A DNA stretch of 64,000 nucleotides from a virus, in IMG/VR virus record IMGVR_UViG_3300045971_000163, positions 32,001-96,000 of that record. One strand, written 5' to 3'. The position numbers and the translations under genes were made by a program. Below, piece by piece: positions 56,940 through 64,000 of the stretch. Numbering within the stretch: position 1 is the first letter of the stretch; each line of letters begins with the position of its first letter. A model generated the notes under the pieces. It was not told where the DNA came from, did not search any database, and was given only the letters and a program-made list of their open reading frames with translations.

Positions 56940-58711
56940 CATTCTTAATCCGCAACTTAACGGTTAAAAATTTCATGAGCGTGGGTAATAACACGCAAGC
57001 AATTAACTTTGACAGAAAAGACTTAACACTCGTGCTAGGTGAGAACTTAGACTTGGGTGGCGACGATAGCGGTGCACGTAACGGCACTGGCAAAACAACT
57101 ATTGCTAATGCGTTAAGTTATGCTTTCTTTGGGCAAGCACTAACAAATATAAAAAAAGATAATTTAATTAATAAAACGAACGGCAAGGGCATGCTGGTTA
57201 CGATTGAGTTTATTAAAGATGGTGTAACTTATCGTATTGAGCGTGGACGCAAACCTGCAGTGTTGGAACTATACAAGGGTGATGTCGCGTTTGAAGCAAA
57301 GGACAACGATGCTCAAGGTGACTCGCGTGAGACTCAGAACGAAATCGATAAAATTTTGTGCATGTCACCCGACATGTTCCGCCACATTGTCGCCCTTAAC
57401 ACATATACTGAGCCATTTCTTAGTTTGCGAGCTAATGATCAACGGATTATCATTGAGCAGCTACTAGGGATTACGGTTTTAAGTGAGAAGTCGGAAGCAC
57501 TTAAAGAGCAAATTAGGCTTTCCAAAGAAACAGTAACATCCGAAGAGCATAGAATTAAAGCTATCACCGAGGCTAACAAGAAGATTGAAGAGCAAGTGGT
57601 TGCTATTAAGCGTAGGCAAGCACTATGGGACACAAAGCATGAGGAAGAGCTTACTGAGTTGTCAGGATCGCTGGGAGAAATGCTTACCATCGACGTGGAT
57701 CACGAAATTGAGCAGCATAGGTTGCTTGCTGAGTGGACTCTTAAAGATTCAGAGTTATCGTCGTTGGGTGAATTGTTATCTCGCACTGAAACTGACATGG
57801 CTCGTGAAGATAAGGCAATTACAAAACTGTTAGCAGAGATTGAGAACATCAAGGACCATAAGTGTCATACTTGCGGGCAAGAGTTACACGACGAAAAGCA
57901 AAGTGAAATCTTAGCTGCTAAGGATGCTACGTTAGCAGAGCATGTTAACAAGTTGGCTGACTTGATGGAGAAGAAAGACGTCACTGTTGGTAAAATAGAG
58001 CAGTGTGGAGAGTTATACGCTAAACCCAACACGCATTATAAAAAAGCGTTAGACGCACACAATCACAAAAATACAGTTAACAACTTAACAGCACAGCTAG
58101 AGGCTAAGTTGGCAGAGGAGAATCCATACACTGATCAAATTAGTGAAATGGAAACTTCCGCATTGATCCCAGTTGACTATTCCTTGATAGACAAAACAAA
58201 CAAAACTAAAGAGCATCAAGAGTTCTTGCTTAAACTGTTAACAAACAAAGATTCGTTTATTCGTAAGAGAATCATTGATCAAAACTTAACCTACTTAAAC
58301 GCTAGATTGTCACATTACTTAGATAAAATTGGTCTACCACATACTGTTGTATTCCAAAGTGACCTCAGTGTTAACATTGAGGAACTAGGTCGTGAGTTAG
58401 ACTTTGACAACTTGAGCAGGGGTGAGCGTGGGCGGTTAATATTGTCGTTGAACTTTGCTTTTAGAGATGTTTGGGAAAGTTTGTATGAAAAGATAAATAT
58501 ATTAATAGTTGATGAACTTCTTGACAACGGATTAGATGCTAGTGGTGTAGAAGCATCATTTGGAATTTTAAAGAAAATGTCAAGAGATTATGAAAAAAGT
58601 ATTTGGCTAATATCACACCGTGATGATCTAACAGCAAGGGCAACTAGCATATTAAAAGTAATTAAAGACGGAGGATTTACTACATATTCTGGAGTAGGAA
58701 ATGAATTATGA
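56936..58711 (+). CDS. gp46: Recombination ATPase subunit (gp46, Rad50/SbcC-like); start at ATG 56936
   Basis: KNFMSVGN, Walker A NGTGKTT, zinc hook CHTCGQ, signature LSRGE, Walker B IVDE, ISH. Confidence 0.94.
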   Translation: MTFLIRNLTVKNFMSVGNNTQAINFDRKDLTLVLGENLDLGGDDSGARNGTGKTTIANALSYAFFGQALTNIKKDNLINKTNGKGMLVTIEFIKDGVTYRIERGRKPAVLELYKGDVAFEAKDNDAQGDSRETQNEIDKILCMSPDMFRHIVALNTYTEPFLSLRANDQRIIIEQLLGITVLSEKSEALKEQIRLSKETVTSEEHRIKAITEANKKIEEQVVAIKRRQALWDTKHEEELTELSGSLGEMLTIDVDHEIEQHRLLAEWTLKDSELSSLGELLSRTETDMAREDKAITKLLAEIENIKDHKCHTCGQELHDEKQSEILAAKDATLAEHVNKLADLMEKKDVTVGKIEQCGELYAKPNTHYKKALDAHNHKNTVNNLTAQLEAKLAEENPYTDQISEMETSALIPVDYSLIDKTNKTKEHQEFLLKLLTNKDSFIRKRIIDQNLTYLNARLSHYLDKIGLPHTVVFQSDLSVNIEELGRELDFDNLSRGERGRLILSLNFAFRDVWESLYEKINILIVDELLDNGLDASGVEASFGILKKMSRDYEKSIWLISHRDDLTARATSILKVIKDGGFTTYSGVGNEL

Positions 58712-59453
58712 AAATATATACAATTTAATCGTGTCACGTGCTAAAATAAGACCTTTACTATCTTTTGAGATTCATCATATTTTACCAAAATCACTAGGCG
58801 GCGATAATTCTATAGAAAATTTAGTTCAGCTTACTCATAAAGAGCATATTTTGTGTCATGAATTATTATGGAAAAAATATAGAAAATTGGTTGGCATCAA
58901 CCATGAGTCAACAAGAAAAATGGCACATGCTTTCCATTTTTTAATGACTGACCACAATGGATTAAGATTTCCTTCAATACGGCAGGCTGCTTTAGCATTA
59001 GTTGCAGCAAGAGAAGCACAATTGGGTAAAAAATTATCAGAAGACACTAAACATAAAATAAGTCTTGGTCATAAAGGACAAATACCTTGGAATAAAAATA
59101 TGCAAGGATGGGCATCTACAGAAACTTCAGAAAAAATTAGCAATGCTAATAAAGGAAACAAACATGCGTTAGGTATTAAACTCAATGAGAGCCAATTAGT
59201 TCGTAGAAGTGAAATTAACTCAGGCATTAATAACCCAATGTTTGGGCACTCGCATAGTGAGAAATCACGTAAAGCAATGAGTGATTCACAAAAACAATTA
59301 TGGACTCTTGAACGAAGAAAACAATATAGCAATGTTGCTTTATCTAGAAAGAAAATTATGTGTAATCATTGTGGCAAAAAAGCAACTGCTGGTATGTTTG
59401 CCAGGTGGCATGGGCAAAACTGTAAAAATTACAACGCAGACACAAATGACTAA
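58701..59453 (+). CDS. Free-standing HNH homing endonuclease with NUMOD3-like repeats
   Basis: EIHHILPKSLGGDNSIENLVQLTHKEHILCH; LSEDTKHKIS, PWNK, NPMFGHSHSEKSRKAMS; C-terminal CNHCGK..RWHGQNC. Confidence 0.88.
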   Translation: MNYENIYNLIVSRAKIRPLLSFEIHHILPKSLGGDNSIENLVQLTHKEHILCHELLWKKYRKLVGINHESTRKMAHAFHFLMTDHNGLRFPSIRQAALALVAAREAQLGKKLSEDTKHKISLGHKGQIPWNKNMQGWASTETSEKISNANKGNKHALGIKLNESQLVRRSEINSGINNPMFGHSHSEKSRKAMSDSQKQLWTLERRKQYSNVALSRKKIMCNHCGKKATAGMFARWHGQNCKNYNADTND

Positions 59454-59506
59454 CTATTTTGTAGCCACCGGCCAATGAGCATAAATTAATATATAAGGAG
59501 ACAAAT

Positions 59507-59692
59507 ATGGCAACACATGAAGATATCGTAGCAGCATTCACAACTTATATTGATGAATCACTAAAATTTGAAGACAAGGGCGTAAAAGCCGCAGCAGCTC
59601 GCGCTCGTGCAGCATTGGGTGATGTAGCTAAATTAGCTAAAGTACGCCGAGCTGAGATTCAGGAAAAGAAAAATCTGATGGCAAAAGCATAA
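59507..59692 (+). CDS. Histone H1-like (Hc1-family-like) small DNA-binding protein
   Basis: KFEDKGVKAAAARARAAL..KLAKVRRAEIQ; strong RBS TAAGGAG. Confidence 0.65.
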   Translation: MATHEDIVAAFTTYIDESLKFEDKGVKAAAARARAALGDVAKLAKVRRAEIQEKKNLMAKA

Positions 59693-59717
59693 ATAAAAGA
59701 GTGGAAACACTCTTTTA
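59689..59717 (+). promoter_or_regulatory. Late promoter overlapping a 10-bp GAAA hairpin upstream of the HNH gene
   Basis: ATAAATA 59689-95; TAAAAGAGTG-GAAA-CACTCTTTTA 59694-59717 abutting the AGGA RBS. Confidence 0.7.
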
Positions 59718-59726
59718 GGAATGCTT

Positions 59727-60446
59727 ATGATTTTTCTTGATAACAAATATACTAACTGGTATTTTAACATAGTAGCGAATGCGAAACAAACAGCAGCATA
59801 TACTGAAAAGCACCACATTGTTCCAAGATCATTGGGTGGTAGTAACGACAAGAGCAACATAATAAAGTTATCCGCAAGAGAGCATTTTATTTGTCACTGG
59901 TTATTATCAAAGATGTGTGCTGGTAATGAAAGAAACAAAATGGTGTATGCTTTGTTTATGATGAAGAAAGAATCAAAACAGCATCAACGATATTTTACAC
60001 CTATCACAAGCCGTGTTTTTGAAAAATATAAATCTTGTCTTCGTCATTCAGATGAAACTAAACAAAAGATGAGGAAGCCCAAATCTCAAGTTCATTGTAA
60101 TAACATAAGTAAGGCGAGACAAGGTATTGCGTTTAGTGATCAACAAATTCATAATATGAGTATTGCTCACAAAGGAATTGTGACATATAAACGAACAGAT
60201 AAGCACCGTGAGATTACAAGAAATATACATAAAAATAAAGTTGTATCTGAAGAATCAAGAAAAAAGATGAGTGAATCGCACATAGGAAAATCGCCAGGCA
60301 ACAAGGGAGTTCAGCTATCAGTAGAACAAAAGGCACTACGGCCATGGCACCATTGTTCTATATGTGGGACAAAATCTCAAAATAAAGCAAATATAGTACG
60401 ATACCACGGAAACAATTGTAAAAATGGCAGTAAACGGAAAGAATAA
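59727..60446 (+). CDS. Free-standing HNH homing endonuclease with NUMOD3-like repeats
   Basis: EKHHIVPRSLGGSNDKSNIIKLSAREHFICH; HSDETKQKM, VSEESRKKMSESHIGK; CSICG..RYHGNNC; RBS spacing favours ATG 59727. Confidence 0.88.
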   Translation: MIFLDNKYTNWYFNIVANAKQTAAYTEKHHIVPRSLGGSNDKSNIIKLSAREHFICHWLLSKMCAGNERNKMVYALFMMKKESKQHQRYFTPITSRVFEKYKSCLRHSDETKQKMRKPKSQVHCNNISKARQGIAFSDQQIHNMSIAHKGIVTYKRTDKHREITRNIHKNKVVSEESRKKMSESHIGKSPGNKGVQLSVEQKALRPWHHCSICGTKSQNKANIVRYHGNNCKNGSKRKE

Positions 60447-60921
60447 AGGAAGCTCTTTTGAACGGAAGATAGCAAATTTGCTATCTGAACGATTTGAGCC
60501 CATAACAGGGATTAAGTCATCGTTTAGAAGGAATCCAGATTCTGGCTCGTTCTTTGGTGGGACTAATAAAAAACGCACAGTAACACATGATTTAAGTCAT
60601 GCTAACTTTGGGGACATTATTTGCCCAGAAAACTTTAAGTTTTCCGTAGAGTGCAAGCATTATAAAACAGGGCCATCGTTTGCTGCCATTGTGAAGGGTA
60701 AAATCACGCAATGGGACACGTGGATAGCGCAAGCTTCGCAGGATGCTGAAAGTAGCCAGCGAAGCATGATGCTTATTATCAAGTATAACGGTGTCGATGA
60801 GATCGTTATAACTGAAAAACAGCTAGACCTAGAATCAAAACTAATATATAATAAATTCGTAGGGTACCGTTTAGCTGATGTATTATCATTACCCGACGAA
60901 GACTTTTTTATAAAAACTTAA
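60424..60921 (+). CDS. Holliday junction resolvase-like PD-(D/E)xK nuclease
   Basis: GKNKGSSFERKIA...FRRNPDSG...GDII...FSVECKHY...W..QA. Confidence 0.8.
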   Translation: MAVNGKNKGSSFERKIANLLSERFEPITGIKSSFRRNPDSGSFFGGTNKKRTVTHDLSHANFGDIICPENFKFSVECKHYKTGPSFAAIVKGKITQWDTWIAQASQDAESSQRSMMLIIKYNGVDEIVITEKQLDLESKLIYNKFVGYRLADVLSLPDEDFFIKT

Positions 60922-61020
60922 ACCCACTTCTGAGACCATCTCAAATCACACGTTAACAAACCCAAACCCCATGCAAGCGTCAAGTGACCATGTGTTAGTA
61001 GGGCAAGTTAATATCCATAG

Positions 61021-61700
61021 GTTACAACAGAGACAAACTCTTATACTTTTTCAGGTATTTTTCTAGTAACAACTCACACGCTTCATTCGCCGTAAGTTAG
61101 TTGACACAAGGATTTGCACGGAGTCCAAATTGTTCCGTGTGCTAAGGCCCTCATTGGTGGTGTGGCCCACTAGCGTAAGTGCAAGTCAGCACGATCTAAC
61201 ACACTGCGATGAGCAGTCCTTAAAATAATATCAACCCCAGAGCCATGAGTTGCGCTGGAGCGATGTTTTAGTGTTAGTTTATATAGGTTTTAAATGTGGT
61301 TGGTGGTTAATGACACGCGGTATATCCCACCAAATCAGCGGAAAGTGCTAAGATAACGATCCGATCAAAACTGATGACACACGCCTGGATCCGTACGGAG
61401 TAATGCTCATGTGCGGTAGGAGAGACATAGCCAGTTCCCCCTCCTAAAGAAATTTCAGAATCTAGTGGTACGCGACGGTAAGGTACAACGTAAATGGGAT
61501 TAGGATAGGAACGATTCGGTTTTTTCTATCTTCTTTCCACATTTACCGTGGTCTGACTCTGGTAAGATAGGACTTCAATACCGGCTTCGCCTAATACCTG
61601 AATACCAAAACACCCAACCACCAATACTGGCTATAAGGAAAGGGATAAAACGCTCGAGACGCGATAGCGTCGAAGAGCAGTAGTGCGTAGCACTACTATA
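61021..61700 (+). ncRNA. Candidate large structured non-coding RNA (~600-700 nt, multiple predicted pseudoknots); family unknown
   Basis: No ORF of 60 aa or more in 60922-61725; many nested helices whose G-U pairs work only on the + strand; three loop-to-3'-tail complementarities of 9-10 bp; boundaries approximate. Confidence 0.72.
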
Positions 61701-61725
61701 TAACAATCACACTTTGATTTTGCTA

Positions 61726-61962
61726 TTAGAAAAATGGCAATCCAGATTTTTTAGTGGTCTCGAGATTATCTTTAACGATCTTGTTGATCATTTCACGTTC
61801 TGAAAACGATAATAGCATAGCGTCCTCATAAGAAAGACCACCCCGCATAAACCAGCTTAGTTTGAGTGCTTCTTCTTTGAAGGCTTTTGCCTCTTTCTCC
61901 ATTTTGCCGATATACCCTTCGATTCTATCGGCGGGCAGTGACAAAAGCCTTAGGCGAAAAAA
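61726..61962 (-). CDS. C-terminal extension of the tail/baseplate assembly chaperone, reached by predicted -1 frameshift (gp51-like / lambda T-like)
   Basis: The -1 frame is open from slippery T-TTT-TTC (61962-61956) into the ORF LSLPADRIEG...SWFMRGGLSYEDAMLLSFSERE; only a TTG start with no RBS otherwise. Confidence 0.72.
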   Translation of the reverse strand, partial: FFRLRLLSLPADRIEGYIGKMEKEAKAFKEEALKLSWFMRGGLSYEDAMLLSFSEREMINKIVKDNLETTKKSGLPFF

Positions 61963-62786
61963 TTAGAATAGTCGAATGATAAGGTTATGTCGAAGTTATG
62001 TCCGCAAGATGAGCAAGCAACATTAACTGGCTTGATTTTTGCTGTTTCTGCATGCGCAGATAATACATCTTTTACTTTGACAGTAATTTGCCTACCAGTG
62101 TTCTTAAAGAACTCAACAATAAATGCATGATTAGTAACTTTAACCCCATCCTCTGTTAAGATGTATTCTATTGAGTCAGCGTATAAATCATTTGTCATTT
62201 CAACAATACGTGTTAAGTGATTTGTAAACTGTTCAGTTTTCTCAGCATCGTTTAACGTAACGTCACGTATTGTGTTAAGCAACTTTTGCTCTTCAAAGTT
62301 TACTAAGTTTGCTTTGGTTACGTCGGAGTATTTCCTAGGCTTAAACTTAAACGTTAGCCCATCAACTTGCAACTGCTCGTTATAGTTTGGTGGTCTAATA
62401 GATCCAAGCACATTATTCAAATCAATATTGTACGAGTTCTCTTCGTCACATTTTGGGCACTTAGCTTCAACTTCCATCATATTTGTATAGCTAGCAATGC
62501 GTATTGCTACTAAAATAGCATCTACGTCAATAGATGGCATTTCCCAAGCATTTTTAATTTCTGGAATACAAGATTGGATCACGCTTACTACCCCGCTACC
62601 GTTAAGTAGTGCGTCAGGAGTCCTGAGAGTAATCTCATCTTTAGTAGTCATTGAGTATACTGGAATTTCCCCAGTTACTGGCAACGATAGAGCATTCTCT
62701 GGCCAAAAAGAACCCCCGCTTGGTAGTTTGATGTAAATGGCTGGCTGGCGAAAGTGCTTGAAAAGTGGATTACTAGAATCTGTCAT
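61950..62786 (-). CDS. Baseplate hub/tail assembly chaperone (T4 gp26-like)
   Basis: YIKLPSGG, MTTKDEITL, DVDAILVAIRIASY, CPKC and CSSC zinc motifs, ends NFF. Confidence 0.75.
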   Translation of the reverse strand: MTDSSNPLFKHFRQPAIYIKLPSGGSFWPENALSLPVTGEIPVYSMTTKDEITLRTPDALLNGSGVVSVIQSCIPEIKNAWEMPSIDVDAILVAIRIASYTNMMEVEAKCPKCDEENSYNIDLNNVLGSIRPPNYNEQLQVDGLTFKFKPRKYSDVTKANLVNFEEQKLLNTIRDVTLNDAEKTEQFTNHLTRIVEMTNDLYADSIEYILTEDGVKVTNHAFIVEFFKNTGRQITVKVKDVLSAHAETAKIKPVNVACSSCGHNFDITLSFDYSNFFA

Positions 62787-62795
62787 AAAATCTCC

Positions 62796-62832
62796 TATAA
62801 ATACATATGGTGCATGTAGTATCTATATTTAT
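62796..62832. promoter_or_regulatory. Crossing pair of late promoters
   Basis: TATAAATA on + at 62796-62803 (exact T4 late consensus); ATAAATA on - at 62826-62832. Confidence 0.72.
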
Positions 62833-62846
62833 GTGAGCATATATTG

Positions 62847-64000
62847 ATGGATGAAGAAAATTCAAGCAGTTTTACCGAAGCAATTAATCGAGTAACCGAA
62901 GGCCTTAACGTTGAGGCTGATACTCGCGAGAAAATTGCAAAGGAGCTCAAGCGCGAACTAACAGAATCTATTAGGAGAGAGTCGTTCGCTAAATTATCAG
63001 CGGCACAGCAAAAGAAACGCACCCAAGAGTTAATATCTCACATACAATTACAAACTGACAAGCTAAAAAATAACACCATTGAACTAGCTGAGTTTAGGGA
63101 CACCACGGAAAGTGCTACTCGAGACTTAGCTCAATTTCGTAAAACTGCTGACTCTAGCACAAAAGCACAAATACAGCAAACTCTTGGGGCAGTTAAAGAC
63201 ATCGAGGGAAGGAAAAAAGTAAACGATCAGTTACTAACATCATCGGGTATGCTGGTTGGTACTCTTCTGCGGTCGGCTGGAACATTAACCACTGGTATTA
63301 TACGAGCAGTTCAAGATGGTGGGGATGGTATTAGGGTTGCGTCGACCATTCTGCAAGCTGAGTTAACTGCTGGTGGGGCAGTCGCTGGCGCCATATTTAA
63401 AGGTGTGGCATCAGTTGGTGGTGCAATGCAAAGTATGGGTCCTGGCGCCGCTAAGGCAGGTAAAGGATTAGCAATGCTTGGCAATACAGCGGGCTTTGTA
63501 TCTGACTCATTTATTGCTTTTGAAAAATTCAAATTCGAGCTACTTTCTAAGGAAGCAGAGATAGTAGTAACATCGTTCCGTGACATATCGTCAACTGGTG
63601 CAATGTTTGAAGAAGGGATGAGCGCATTAAAAAATGCGTCTATTGAGTCCGGGTTGTCTATCCAAGCATTAGGAAAAATACAAAAAACGTCAGCGGAAAA
63701 TATTTCGGGTGCTGGTTTAGGTATGGCAAAAGGGTTTAAGCTACTAGCCAAAACATTTTCAGGTGATGCTGGTAATCAGTTAAAAACTAGTTTGCTTAAC
63801 CTGGGATTTGCACTTGAGGAACAAGGCGATGTTGTAGCCAAGACAATGGAACAAATGCGTATGGCTGGCAGAGATATGAATACAGTATCTCAATCTGACA
63901 TCAAGCAAAGTACTGAAGACTACGCTAAAAACTTAAGAACAATATCGGCCATAACAGGTAAAGATGCGAAAGCAAAAATGGAAGAAGCTAGGAAAGCTTC
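62847..64000 (+). CDS. Tape-measure-like protein, N-terminal part; runs off the window edge
   Basis: Manual translation MDEENSSSFTEAINRV... open to the end; helical Ala/Gly-rich; LLNLGFALEEQ...YAKNLRTISAITGK; adjacent to the chaperone pair. Confidence 0.7.
   Translation, partial: MDEENSSSFTEAINRVTEGLNVEADTREKIAKELKRELTESIRRESFAKLSAAQQKKRTQELISHIQLQTDKLKNNTIELAEFRDTTESATRDLAQFRKTADSSTKAQIQQTLGAVKDIEGRKKVNDQLLTSSGMLVGTLLRSAGTLTTGIIRAVQDGGDGIRVASTILQAELTAGGAVAGAIFKGVASVGGAMQSMGPGAAKAGKGLAMLGNTAGFVSDSFIAFEKFKFELLSKEAEIVVTSFRDISSTGAMFEEGMSALKNASIESGLSIQALGKIQKTSAENISGAGLGMAKGFKLLAKTFSGDAGNQLKTSLLNLGFALEEQGDVVAKTMEQMRMAGRDMNTVSQSDIKQSTEDYAKNLRTISAITGKDAKAKMEEARKA

Noticed and set aside
58701-61700. 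HEARO/OMEGA-type RNA-guided nuclease system
   Set aside because: The HNH proteins have NUMOD3-like DNA-binding repeats and no RuvC or PLMP motifs, and the RNA is separated from them by the resolvase gene.
60922-61725. Group I/II intron, tmRNA, RNase P or tRNA as the identity of the structured region
   Set aside because: It lies between the stop codons of two intact convergent genes with no split exon. I found no tRNA cloverleaf, tmRNA ends or group II domain V. GAGCAGTCC and ACCGGCTT only loosely resemble RNase P motifs and pair elsewhere. A covariance-model search is still needed.
62795-63751. Minus-strand ORFs 62795..63022 and 63311..63751
   Set aside because: They are antisense to the open plus-strand tape-measure-like frame starting at 62847.
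1-64000. Alternative genetic code (stop-codon reassignment)
   Set aside because: Long genes are uninterrupted in code 11, and TAA, TGA and TAG all occur as apparent true stops.

Overview
This window is part of a large T4-like (myovirus, probably jumbo) bacteriophage genome using the standard genetic code, with a likely Gram-negative host. From left to right it holds five regions. (1) 1-23.6 kb is a mostly minus-strand glycan/modification island. It encodes a carbamoyltransferase, a nucleotidyltransferase, a HAD phosphatase, UDP-glucose dehydrogenase, two SGNH-like proteins, about six glycosyltransferase-like proteins, a PLP enzyme and six radical SAM enzymes. It is interrupted by an independently expressed FG-GAP lipoprotein gene. 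(2) 23.6-54 kb holds tail fibre, adhesin and baseplate genes, including a 3989-aa wedge-like protein and gp6, gp25, gp5, gp53 and gp48/54-like genes. (3) 54-61 kb, on the plus strand, holds an enlarged gp55 late sigma factor, gp47/gp46, an Hc1-like protein, two HNH homing endonucleases and a Holliday junction resolvase. (4) An ORF-free ~800-bp gap folds by eye into a large multi-domain RNA. Three of its hairpin loops are perfectly complementary to successive segments of its 3' tail, making it the top candidate for an undescribed element. (5) A gp26/gp51-like chaperone pair is joined by a predicted -1 frameshift and lies divergent from a tape-measure-like gene. ATAAATA late promoters and host sigma70 promoters can be read directly from the sequence. 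All calls come from manual motif reading; no database search or folding program was run.
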